NCBI GenBank assembly: GCA_951406725.2
Contig: OX597825.1
Span: 24,118,001 to 24,182,000 of the forward strand
Direction: 5' to 3'
Source: Octopus vulgaris
Lineage: Eukaryota
DNA length: 64,000 nucleotides
Numbering within the stretch: the stretch's first letter is position 1; each line of letters begins with the position of its first letter. The translations under genes and the position numbers were made by a program. Under the pieces are notes generated by a model. That model was not told the DNA's origin and did no database searches. It was given only the letters and a program-made list of their open reading frames with translations. This document shows, one piece after another, positions 25,313-37,382 of this stretch.

Positions 25313-26586
25313 GGTAAGGAAGCGAAATTTACAATGAACGTTAAGCTGCTTTTTCTCAGGAGGCACTAATTGTTTTGAAACTTAACATATACTGATGTCA
25401 TACTCATACCTAACACTATTATCCTTACTTTTTCAGAAACTTTTGCTCATATGAGTAATCAGGAAAGCAAACGTCAAAGAGTGTGTGATTTGCTGAATGC
25501 ACTCGTCACACCAAAGGAGATTTCAAGGATAGTTGGAGTGTCCATAAAGACTGTTTATAATGTAAAGAATAGAATGACTATGAGCAAAACTATTACGAGG
25601 AAGTCTGTAAGTGGAGGAATCAACAAAAAACGTACCAAAGCTTTTATTAAAGCTCTCAAATCCAAAATCCTAAAGGATCCAACCAAATCCATGAGAAAAA
25701 TGGCAATTGAACTTGAGGTAGACAAGAAGACCATTAGAAATGCAGTAAAATATGATTTGAGGTTAAAAACTTACACAAGAACACCAAATCATTTGTTGAC
25801 AACAGCTATAAAGGAAAAGAGATTGGAGAGGTGCAAGAAATATTATTACATGTTTCAAGAAAAAGTCCTCCATTGTAACAATCTTTTCAGATGAAAAGAT
25901 CTTCACTGTCGATGCTGTTCTGAACCGCAGAAATGACAGATTTATTACAAAATCAACAGCTGAGGTTAAGAGGACATTCAAAACAAAACATCCTGCACAA
26001 GTTATGGCTTTTGGTGTTGTGGTTTCCGATGGAAAGAAAATGCCTATAAAATTCTACAAAGCTGATGAAAAGATCAATGTTAATACTTACTACAAGACTC
26101 TGAGATACCAGGTATTGCCATGGCTTAAAGCAAACTACCCAGATGGTAATTATGTATGGACACAGGATGGTGCTCCAGCCCACACAGCCAGAAAAATACA
26201 AGATTTCTGCAAATCCAACTTTAGCGATTTTGGGGAATCATGTTTATGGCCGCCTTCTAGCCCAGATCTAAACCCTCTGGATTATGCTATTTGGGGCGTT
26301 TTAGAACATGCTACCAATAGAACATCACACAGCAATGTCGACTCTCTTAAAGATACTATTACAGAAGAATGGGAGAAGTTGTCTCCCGAATATTTGAAGA
26401 GCACTTGTACAAGTTTCAGGAAGCGTGTGAAGGCAGTTATTGAGAAAGAAGGAAGACACATAGAATAAAAACATTTTTTATTATGTAAATTTTCTTGTGG
26501 CAAATAAATTCTCATAACTTTCAATAAAATAATTGGTCATACACTGTCTTTCAATCCCTGCCTCAAAATATTGTAAATTTTGCTTC
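25310..26586 (+). mobile_element. Tc1/mariner DD37D (maT) transposon, near full length
   Basis: Left TIR TA|cagggtaaggaagcgaaatttacaat; right TIR attgtaaattttgcttc lacks its outer 9 bp; transposase inside. Confidence 0.93.
25451..26468 (+). pseudogene. DD37D transposase with one frameshift near 25841 (338 aa if repaired)
   Basis: HTH-like N-terminus in ORF 25451-25894; second frame open from 25842: IFSDEKIF...WTQDGAPAH-(37 aa from D to D)-WPPSSPDLNPLDYAIW. Confidence 0.93.
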
Positions 26587-27315
26587 TTTCAGTTTCCGTC
26601 TTCGAAATCCACTCACAACGCTTCAGATGGCATGAGGCTGTAGTAGGAGACACATGCCCAAGGTGCCATGTAGTGGGACTGAACCTACAACTATGTGGTT
26701 GATGAGCAAGCTTCTTACCACACAGCCACGCCTGCGCCTTCATTGGGCTAACTGGCTGACTGGTTTTCAACTAGTCTCCCTAAGCTAATTATGGTTAAGG
26801 GTCTCGTCTTTCGACATACCATAGATAACATAAAATAATTAGTGGGACGTGTTATATCCGTGAAGCTTCCCGTCATTAGACCAACAAACAAGCTGCTTGA
26901 ATAAATGTGAGATTCTCTATTGTCTCCCTTCTTGTTTTCTGACCTCGTTCTGATTATTATGTAGTCTGTATTTGTTGTTGTTGTTGCTGTATTTGTTGTT
27001 GTTGTTGTTGTTGTTGTTGCTGTAGTTAATGCTGTTATAGATGTTTAGATGGTTATGTAATGCTACCATGGTTTATTATCAACGGGAAGGTTTAATTTGA
27101 CATGAAATACTGTTTTCAAATAATCAATACTTGAATCTACAATAGACAAGACTTGTCTACGTTAGCATTTACGTCATCATTTCGTTATCCACCCCTTACA
27201 ACACCCTACACACATACATGTATATACACATGCATATGTATGTGGGTATGTGTGAGTCAGTATTATGCATGTACACGTTTATACACATACACACACACAC
27301 ATATATATATATAGA

Positions 27316-27865
<550 letters not shown>

Positions 27866-28169
27866 ACACATTAACACATGAATGTAAATGTATGCTTTAT
27901 ATGAATGCCTGTGTATGTTTTGTATGTGCATGCTTGCATATTGCTCTGCTCTAATGAAATCAGATAAGTATAGAGACAGAAATGCAATCTCATTAGTGAC
28001 TGAACCCCTTATAAACAAATCCCTACTACATGTTGAGCCCTTTATAAACAAATCCCTACCATATGTAGCCAACCGCATTTTTTTTGCATGTTCTGCTCTA
28101 TTCACGCTCTTCTTTCCTGGGCTTGACATATGCACAAGGTGCATTCCAGGAATTTTCAGGCTTTCCAAG

Positions 28170-28890
28170 AGAGAAATTTATTAATTTCCAAGAAGTACAA
28201 AACTCTGATCTCCTTGAAAGTAGGGTCCTAGCGCTCCAATCACTTCGCGAAGCCCGCATGGAAGTCCTCGAAACTGAAGGTGTCCAGGACCCTCTCACCA
28301 TCATCTTCTCAATGTCTTCATAACGAACCCTGGGATTCATCTTCAGCTTGGGGAACAACCAAAATTTACAGGGAGCAAGGTCTCGACTGTAGAGAGGGTT
28401 AGGGACAGATTTGATGCCCATCTCTACTTAGTAGCTGATTACCATGTTGCTCGTTACTGAGCGCTCTGAGAACAAACTTTGCACAGATTTTGCGCATATT
28501 CATATCTTCATGAATAATTCTGTGTACTGTTTCCACACCAACTTCAGATTATATGTTTATTCTTCCTGTAGACACGCGAATTTTTTCAACTAGCTCTGAA
28601 ATTCTGACGTCCCTCTTCCTTCCATACTTTTCATCACCTCTTATTTCCTTCCTACCGTCCTTGAACCTCTGGAGCCAACGAAAAGCTTATTTCATAAGTT
28701 TCTCAAGCGTTTTTCCCCAATTTAACACAAAACTTTATAGCATAGCGAGCTTCCAAATTATCTTCACGTCCCGACTGCATTCTGCAATCTAGTTGGCAAT
28801 GACAAGTAGGGTTCAGAGGGATATATTGAAAGTTCTGTTACAGCCATCTTCAGCATGGAATGACAAAAGTTGGGAGGACAACTTATTAAA
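28170..28890 (-). pseudogene. Decayed mariner transposase/element (ends approximate)
   Basis: ORF 28098-28421 begins GIKSVPNPLYSRDLAPCKFWLFPKLK, matching mariner HPPYSPDLAPCDFWLFPKLK. Confidence 0.8.
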
Positions 28891-29428
28891 TATATAGTAA
28901 GAGTTACTAAGATTCCAACTTATTAGATGTATAGTACGACTTACCAAAACCACTATAACTTCCTCTCTTTAAATGTTACTAAAACCGCTATAACTGCCTC
29001 TCTTTAAAAGTTTCTATACGTCTAGAAGGCAGATCGTATATTCATAATAGATAAATGCTTCATCTTTCCATTTGTTTCCAGACATGCATTGATATTAAGA
29101 CTAACCGCTCAAGATTTATAAATATTTTATAGTATATATATATATATATATTTGTGCAAAATAACAGGACATCTGTCGTGCATAAATATGCATGCATATG
29201 CATAGATTATGTAAATGCTTAAATTATACGTATATATATATATATATATATATATTCTAATTATGATGAATGTAAACAAACAAATGAAGTTTGCTTTAGA
29301 AGCAGCGTTGAGATGTCTTAGAAAGTTAAAGAAGTGATTTTAAATTCTCAAACGCAGGATAATGCTAATAACATAGCTTGAACAGGATAAGCTACCCCTA
29401 TTTTGCAGAAAAAAGTGTTGGCTGCCGG

Positions 29429-29486
<58 letters not shown>

Positions 29487-29489
<3 letters not shown>

Positions 29490-29955
29490 CAACAAGGATA
29501 TCCAGAGGTAATGCAGTACGATCGTTTCATGCAACTCCATTTAATTGAACAATGCAATCATTACATCGATTTAAAATGCAGAGCAATCCTCAGCTGCACA
29601 AAGACATAGAATTTTAATAAATTAAAACAGATGGACACATTATTATAATTATACCTAACATCTCCAAGAAGTTAAGGAGATAGACAAAGAACATGCTGCC
29701 TTCACTCCAACATAGAAGCTACTATGTTCTTCGTCTCCAGCATAGAAGCTACATGTTCTTTGTCTATCTCCTTAACTTCTTGGAGATGTCCGGTATAATT
29801 ATAATAATCATGTGTCCATCTGTCTTAATTTAATTAAATTCTATGTCTTTGTGCAACTGAGGATTGCTCTGCATTTTAAATCGATGTAATGATAGCATTG
29901 TTCAATTAAATGGAGTTGTTCAATTAAATCGAGTTGTTCAATTAAATGGAGTTAT
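29487..29955 (-). mobile_element. Hammerhead-bearing element with inverted partial duplication (Penelope pseudo-LTR-like)
   Basis: Starts at the edge of (TA)n 29430-29486; inverted repeat arms 29532-29695 and 29752-29918; ends in three copies of an 18-mer ttcaattaaatggagttg. Confidence 0.75.
29511..29599 (-). ncRNA. Type I hammerhead ribozyme with long stem II
   Basis: Minus strand gtgcag-CTGAGGA-58 nt foldable insert-GAAA-cgatcg-TA-ctgcat; 6-bp stem I, palindromic ACGATCGT stem III, GUA cleavage triplet. Confidence 0.8.
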
Positions 29956-30750
29956 TAGATTTTTTCCTATCTTTAAAAACCGTTCGCTTGTCCAACATCC
30001 ATGCATAGTTAGCAAGTCTGCAAAGTACATGGTTGACTGATATCTAAGGGAAAAATAATCTCGTAATGGTGTTGGTATATTCTGCACATTTGCGGCAATA
30101 TCGCTATACTTCTAACTTCAGTCGCATGGAAGGTTCAGTAAAAACGGGAGTAGCTGTGTTTTTTTTTCTCCCCGTCTCCTGTGACTGCGTCCCTTTTCCA
30201 AGTCCTGCCTAATCTGTCATGAATACTGATGGCTGAAACTTTTTCGGGTGACAGATGACGGATCTTTCATAGCCCAGTGAAGGCATCACACATTTGCGAC
30301 AATGAAGTACTGCTACTTCCAACGCATCGCTCGGTCCAGGAATCGAAACGACGACCTTACAATCATGAGTTCAACACCCTAACCACTAAGCCACGCGCCT
30401 CCACTTATTTATATATAAGATACTACAATTAGCCGTCATTATTAACGGCACGTGGTCAGCAAGTTTATTCATATTTTAGTAGTTAGAAGGACATCGTCAT
30501 ACTTGACGGACAAGCTATCAAAAATTCATATACTTTCAGAAATATTTCTACTAGAATAAGAATCATATGCATTAACTGAAAGTGCAGCCTTAATACTACC
30601 AGCCTTAATACTACCCTCCACCACCTCATAGAAAATCTCACGAATATAAACTGTATAAATAAGCGCAATTTGCAGTCTGGGTACTTACAGAGATGACGTG
30701 ACCTTGCAGGTTCCACAACTGGTGCTGGACATTTGTGTCTGCTACTGATA

Positions 30751-31173
30751 GGCGTAGGAGTGGCTGTGTGGGTAAGCGTAGGAGTGGCTGTGTGGTAAGT
30801 AGCTTGCTTACGAACCACATGGTTCTGGGTTCAGTCCCACTGCGTGACACCTTGGACAAGTGTCTTCTACTATAGCCTCGGGCCGACCAAAGCCTTGTGA
30901 GTGAGTTTGGTAGACAGAAACTGAAAGAAGCCCGTCGTATATATGTATATTTATGTGTGTATGTGTGTGTCTGTATGTTTGTCCCCCCTCCCCAACATCG
31001 CTTGACAACCGATGCTGGTGTGTTTACGTCCCCGTAACTCAGCGGTCCGGCAAAAGAGGCCGATAGAATAAGTACTAGGCTTACAAAGAATAAGTCCTGG
31101 GATCGATTTGCTCGACTAAAAGGCGGTGCTCCAGCATGGCCACAGTGAAATGACTGAAGCAAGTAAAAGAGTA
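30751..31173 (+). mobile_element. SINE family A, full length with duplicated first ~25 nt
   Basis: gcgtaggagtggctgtgtgg(g)taa occurs twice in tandem at the head. Confidence 0.9.
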
Positions 31174-31529
31174 TAGTGGTCTGTTTTTTAGCACCATACA
31201 TCTACATGAGATGCTTTTTAAGAAGAATATTGTAGTATTATGGCGTTTTAAAAATATATCTGCATAAGACATACGTTAAGTAGGCTGTAAAGATTGCTAT
31301 TCACTACTAAAACTGCTTCCGTCGCCTAAAACTAATTCTACACAACTCGTGATCACATCACGTGATCTAGCACTTTCACTGCCAGTGCTGAACAGTTTTG
31401 TCCGCTTTTGCTATTTCTGTGGTCTTTAGCACTTTACGTCTAAAAGATATTATCTTAAGAAGAATACTGCAATATCATGGCGCCCTTAAAGCATATTCAC
31501 ATTAAGTAGACTATAAATGCTTATGTCTA

Positions 31530-31732
31530 CAGGGTGGCCAAAAAGTAAGTTTACATATATTAGACTATCTCTTTGGCATGCATATATTAACAGTTTAGAT
31601 CTTAATTATAGAAAAAATATGGCACTATCATTCTATGCTAATTTACTTAATTTTGTCGAGCTCCCTTTTCAGTTTGTAAGATAGAAATTTTAAGTGCCTA
31701 TGTGATAACTTTAAACCTACTTTGGGGCAACC

Positions 31733-31735
<3 letters not shown>
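31530..31735. mobile_element. Tc1/mariner-type MITE
   Basis: TA|cagggtggccaaaaagtaagttta ... taaacctactttggggcaaccctg|TA. Confidence 0.8.
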
Positions 31736-31807
<72 letters not shown>

Positions 31808-31904
31808 TAATCCAAACAAGAAAGCACAAAAAAAAACCAACAACGCGAGGACGTGGAACAAATATTGTATTATTGGACGCTCAGGAAAGAAGGAAAGAAG
31901 GTGG

Positions 31905-31939
31905 GTTTAATGTTTCGAGCGGAGCTCTTCGTCGGAAAC
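31905..31939 (-). ncRNA. Minimal hammerhead-like ribozyme, variant core
   Basis: gttt-CCGACGA-A-gagc-tcc-gctc-GAAA-ca-TT-aaac. Confidence 0.65.
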
Positions 31940-32142
31940 ATAGGAGAAGGAAAGATCCCGAGAAGAGAAGACAGAGGAAAAAAATCGCCAACAGTACACA
32001 CGAGGTCATGTGTGTGTGTGTCAAAATATATAATATATATATATATATATAATGAGAATTTACAAAAAGAAAACAAAAGACGAAGACGTGTGTGTAAACA
32101 ACAAACAGATGTAATAGTTTAACGCTCAGGAAGTGAGAGAGT

Positions 32143-32178
32143 CTTTTATGTTTCGAGCCTACGCTCTTCGACAGAAAG
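32143..32178 (-). ncRNA. Minimal hammerhead-like ribozyme, variant core
   Basis: cttt-CTGTCGA-A-gagc-gtag-gctc-GAAA-ca-TA-aaag. Confidence 0.62.
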
Positions 32179-32275
32179 GAACACAGAAATATACAAGGAT
32201 AGAAAGTAAAAAAAAAGGTTTAGTGGCTAGCGATTTATCATGGTCACGTTAAGTAGACTATAAATGTTTATCTTA

Positions 32276-32311
<36 letters not shown>

Positions 32312-32833
32312 CTGTGTGTGTTGGTGTGTTTGGGTGGGTGTGAATGTGTGCGTATGTGTGATGTGTGTGTGTGTGTGTGTGTAATACGACGGCAATAATT
32401 ATGAAAAAAGGCATGTTGACAGGTTAAGAAAATACGGATTTGATTATGACAGGAAACATCCAGGAAAAAAGATACATAGTTTTGCTGTTACAACTGGCAA
32501 GAGAAAATAAATATGGTTCTTCTTCGAATGTCAAGTGTCACAGTAGTAATGTCCTTCACGAATTGCTACACAAATTGTCCGTATAATATTCATTGAGTGT
32601 CTATCAAATTATTACATAGCAGAAACGTATTTTAATGCAACAATAAACATGTGTATTTTCCATTTGTGAAAAATACTTCTTGAAAAAAAATATGTAGTTT
32701 CCGTTTAAGACTGTGGTATAATGAAAGATCGAAAGTCAGCTGGAAACTATGTTTCTTCTTGTGTTAGTTTAATTTTTCTTCCAGTAACTGATGTAATGGG
32801 AAATTATTTATTTTACTTTCGTTTTACATCATA

Positions 32834-33342
32834 TCTATATATATAAAACTGTAGTTGTGTGAGTGTCTGACCCCTTCGATTTAGATTCCTAACTACTCCC
32901 ACATTTTGCGGTGCAGTTTAACCAAATTCGGGTATCTTATAGTCGTGATTCATATCGAGCCCGTCTGGCTATTAGCGCCCGTCTACGATGAGTCTACGAT
33001 TTTAAAAAATAATTTAACATCATTTTTTATTCCATTTTAATGCATATTTTTTCGTGTGTCGATGGCGGCGGAGTTGGCGTCCACGCTCACACCTGCGTTG
33101 CTTCTCCCCCTTCTTCCCTCCCTCATGAAGCTGTGGGGAAGGGAGTGTAAGGAAATCAACGTCGTAAAGCGTTGTCAAGGAGACCAGCGTTCTTTTAGAA
33201 CAACGACTTCATGGCTTGAAGACACCAAAACAGAAATGGCTAAGAAAGCCCGAATTGGCATCTATAAGGGAAGTAACTCTCTAAAAATGCTTATATAGTT
33301 ATTTCCCTTACAAACCTGAGCAACGCCGGGCGATACTGCTAG
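32834..33342 (+). mobile_element. Non-autonomous Helitron
   Basis: A|TC start, cctgagcaacgccggg hairpin, CTAG|T end; the adjacent duplicated unit (33351-33468) shows the empty site cata|tatttcc with no TSD. Confidence 0.9.
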
Positions 33343-34082
33343 TATTTCCTAAGATCGAAAGACAGTTTGAAAGTGAGTTTCTTCTTATGTTAGTTTAATT
33401 TTTCTTCCAGTAGCTGATGTAGTGGAAAACTCTTTATTTTACTTTCATTTTACACCATATATTTCCCTTTCATTTTTCATCATACATTCTGAAGTTACAA
33501 ACATTGGTTAAGAAAGAGGTAGAAGCGAAATTGTAGCAATCATTTCCCATTGTAGCTCAGAATGCACATCAGCGGAACAATGAGAGACTTGCCTAAAACT
33601 AATAATAGTCTTGGAGTATGCAGCATAATGCTATCCATAATTCAATCAGTTGTCAACACCTCTATGTTTGTAAATTAATGGATGCGCTGAAACAGAAGGA
33701 AGGCGCTATAGCTCAAACGAAGACAACAGGCCAAAACTGCTGGATTATTATCCAATAAAGGAATGAGAATATCAATAAGACCCACCAATCATTAAATAAA
33801 TGTTAGTCCTAAAGGACAAATTGAGTTTCTTCCAGGGAATTGCATACTTGAAATGCAAATTACCTGCGCGCAAATGTCCAAGGTGACCAATGGCTATGGT
33901 GCATTTGACATTAATACAGTTACTCGGGTTGTAATTGACATATCACCACATACGTATGTGTGTATATGTGTTTGTAAATGTATATGTATATACATATACA
34001 TACATACGTACATAAGGTGTATATAAGCATAAATATTCAAGTACTATTTTTCCACCTTGTTTTGCATTAATGTGCATATATA

Positions 34083-34140
<58 letters not shown>

Positions 34141-34195
34141 AACATATATACATACATATATATAGGTATATATATGCACACACACATATATATAC

Positions 34196-34229
<34 letters not shown>

Positions 34230-34239
34230 GCATATGCAG

Positions 34240-34267
<28 letters not shown>

Positions 34268-34272
<5 letters not shown>

Positions 34273-34378
34273 GCATCTGCTTAGGGGTCCTGCTATCCTA
34301 CATTCTAATAAGGTATCCAGTCCAACGTACATGGTGCTTGTGCCCCATCGCCGCAATACTCAAGATATTAACTTTCCT
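34268..34378 (-). pseudogene. RTE-clade LINE ORF fragment (inverted)
   Basis: Minus translation [35 protein letters not shown]. Confidence 0.75.
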
Positions 34379-34419
34379 CAAGACCTGTGTGTCTGGAGTT
34401 TTTAAGGTCCAGCCAGCAT

Positions 34420-34838
34420 TCAGAATGCGTCTCAGACGTTGGACTGCACACCTTATTAGAATGAAGGATAACAGGGTCCCTAAAAAGATGCTATATAGGG
34501 AACTTGTTGGTGGAAAGAGACCCAGCAGAAAACAAGGCTTTGATTTAAGGACTGTGTCAAGTCCTCATTAAAGGCCTGTGATACGCAGGAGACCCACTGG
34601 GAGAGCATACCTGCCATCACCACAGATGGAGGAAGCAGGTTAAGGAGGGAGCGCTTTGCTAGCGTAGCGAATGTGGAAAGCTTGGTTTGCAATGTTTGCA
34701 GTCGTGTATGCTTTTCAAGAGCAGGGCTCATTAGCCACTAACAGAGCCATAAATGCAAAATTCAAGTTAGTCCTAGAGCGCACAATGTTCATAAAGGCCA
34801 GCAATGGTCTTCCTCGGTCACGAGTGGACGGCCATCAT
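34420..34838 (+). pseudogene. RTE-clade LINE 3' end
   Basis: RWTAHLIRMKDNRVPKKMLYRELVGGKRP; then FKDCVKSSLKAC and a C2H2-like CNVCSRVCFSRAGLISH; short 3' UTR. Confidence 0.85.
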
Positions 34839-35329
34839 ATATATATATAATCAAATGAGTAATAACATACATACACACACACACACATAGTCACATGTGT
34901 ATGTATGTATGTGCGCACACGTGCAACGTGCATAGGTAAACCATGATCTTTACACACGCAGACGAGGGTCGATTCATATAAAAAAGAAAGTGAACAAAAT
35001 GAAATACTTATAGGAAAACATTGCATAGTACTGAAGTGTTTTCAACGTCTCTCAATGGTGGCAGGTGAATAAAACGTACTGTAGTTCATTGTAGGATATA
35101 AATGATATAACTACTTGCTTATCGGGAAATTTGTAAGCTTGATTTTTGGGGATTTTCTTATTTATGTTATTTTTTTAAGTATCACCATTATAGGTATTTA
35201 TACTCCGGTGAAATTAAGAAATCAACTCGTAAATATATGAAATCTTCGAATCCATCACTGTACACATACATACCCGCATACACACAATAGCATATGTATG
35301 TATGTATTTATGCATGTTTGAAGATGATC

Positions 35330-35490
35330 ATTCCAAATTTTCATCATTTTGAGCCACTCACCCAATGAGCATTTCAACCAAATTTGGTGAAAATCCGTTC
35401 AGCCATTTTCCAGTAGTTTTGCAAACACACAGATAAAGACAAGTGATAACAATAGACTCCTTTCGCTTACGCGCACAGGGTAACAAATCA
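35330..35490. mobile_element. Helentron/DINE-1-like non-autonomous fragment
   Basis: accaaatttggtgaaaatccgttcagccattttcc...acagataaagaca...ataacaatag layout resembles such elements; ends not defined. Confidence 0.4.
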
Positions 35491-35559
35491 ATCAATAACA
35501 TATTTCTGTTCAATGTTTATGACTTCTTTGCCAACGTTCTACTAACTTGTCAACACCTC

Positions 35560-36170
35560 AATGGCAGAAATCACTGGATCTTGACTCTTATAATTCATCG
35601 AACCACATTTTCAGCTCCATGTCACTGTTGAACAAAACGTCATGCACACCGTTGGAAAACAACGGGTATAAGATTATAATCTGAAGGCGATATACTAGGA
35701 GAATGCTATCGGTGTTGTAGAACTTCCCAGCTAAGCCTTTGAATTGCAGTTTCGGTCAAATTATTGACATGGTGCCGAGCTTTGGTGTGTTGAAGAAGCA
35801 CGTTGCGTCGGTGGTCGGGTCGTTTCAGATGATTGCCTAGATGAGACGCTACATTTACTGAACGTAAAGGTTTCCATAAACTCATCAAGTGTAAGTGACG
35901 GGCGACGGTGTCATAAGACCCTGCCGTCATTTGTTGGGTCAATTCTCAAAGTGGTTTGGCAAAGATCGTTATGGGTGACTTTGTTCAATCGATTCTCGTT
36001 GAACTGAACAGGTCATTCGGATCGCGTAGGCTCTTTGAGGTCAAATTTCCACTCCTTGAAGCTTGAAAACTATTTCTGTGCCGTTCTTTCAATCGTAGCA
36101 CCTCTGTACACAGCACAAACGCCTCGAGTAGTTTTGGTAGCTTTGAAAGTTTGAATGAAAGGAAGAGACG
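35560..36170 (-). pseudogene. Decayed mariner transposase
   Basis: VLLQHTKARHHVNNLTETAIQRLSWEVLQHR*HSPSISPSDYNL resembles LLHDNARPH...WEVLPHPPYSPDLAPSDYHL. Confidence 0.75.
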
Positions 36171-36928
36171 CAGGTGTCAAAAATGATCTTTTGGGGGAGT
36201 TTTTTGTGCTTTGCACACTGTAGTCTGGAAAGAGATAAAATTTATTCACATTTCAAAAACGATAAACAAAAGCTGCAGAGGAAGAGGAAACCTAAAAAGA
36301 ACCTAAAATACAACGATAAAAACCATTTTTCTTGTTAATTCAAAGAACACTGGAAACAACGGAACGAAAATATCTGAGAACCCAATAAGTTCTTGCTATA
36401 ATTGGTTTGCGTACCGAAGCACAGCGTGTTGCTGTGGTGTGTGCTTCTGTGTGTGTTTGTGTGTATGGGGGGAGAGGGTACATAGAGAGATAGGGGCAGT
36501 GAGAGAGAGAGAGAGATCTTCATGATAAAAGAATTAACTACAATTCTTTTTTAATTAACTTTTTTTTCTGTGGATCCCAGTGAGTTTCAAGTCAGCCAAC
36601 CACCACCAACAGCACCATCATCACCATCATCCTCATCATCATCAACAACACCGTTGTCATCTTATTCTTGTGTGGTAACAGAATCGAGTCGCATCCATCA
36701 CCACCACCACCACCACCATCTTCATTATCTCATCCCTGTAAAGTAATAGCGCTAAGTCAACCAGTACCATTGCCACCACCCGCAACCACCCGCCACTACC
36801 ACCACCACCACCGCCTTCATCACCCTACCTAGGTAAGATAATAATGCTGCCCCATCGCCATCATCTTACCCCTGTCCAATAGTAACATTAATTCAGTCAC
36901 CAATACCTTCTTAATGTTACTTCCTAAA

Positions 36929-37104
36929 AAGGGTAAAGACCCCTTCCGTCATTGATGTCATGGGATTGCATCTAGAAAGTTCCCTTCTGTGACACCTGTC
37001 CAGACAAGGTTGTTTATGGAAGATCAGGTGCCACCCATGCATACCAGCCTCCTCTTTTCACGCTACCGAAGTTATCCAAGGGAAAGGCATAGGTCGATAC
37101 AAGC
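36929..37104 (-). mobile_element. SINE family D, 3' part
   Basis: Diverged reverse complement of 37895-38070. Confidence 0.75.
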
Positions 37105-37234
37105 GAATCTGTGGTATTGAGCAGAATATTTACTGTAACCCATCTTTTATACCAAGACAAAACAATGTACATGATAAACACTTCCAATCAGTTAAGATCA
37201 GAAGCCATGAGAGCCATTGACTGGTACTGCATCT

Positions 37235-37249
37235 ATTATTATTATTATT

Positions 37250-37285
<36 letters not shown>

Positions 37286-37343
37286 GTCATCGTCATCGTC
37301 ATCGTCATCGCCATCGTCGTCGTCGTCGTCGTCATCGTCATCG

Positions 37344-37382
<39 letters not shown>
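37235..37382. repeat. Compound (ATT)(CAT)(CGT)(CAT)(ATT) trinucleotide repeat
   Basis: Direct inspection; followed by an old family B SINE at about 37386-37600. Confidence 0.9.

Larger units (their letters stand above)
25072..26738 (-). mobile_element. SINE family A split in two by a maT transposon
   Basis: 3' half at 25072-25280 and 5' half at 26583-26738 flank the transposon, which sits at the internal (TA)n. Confidence 0.8.
31802..32244 (-). mobile_element. Two adjacent short hammerhead-bearing elements (about 31802-32025 and 32052-32244) separated by (TA)n
   Basis: Both share cgctcagga and tttcgagc..gctcttc motifs with 60737-60960; each starts at a (TA)n edge. Confidence 0.7.

Noticed and set aside
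28000-30620. Short tandem duplications (33 bp near 28002, 34 bp near 28946, 15-16 bp near 30585)
   Set aside because: Ordinary two-copy slippage products with no further structure.
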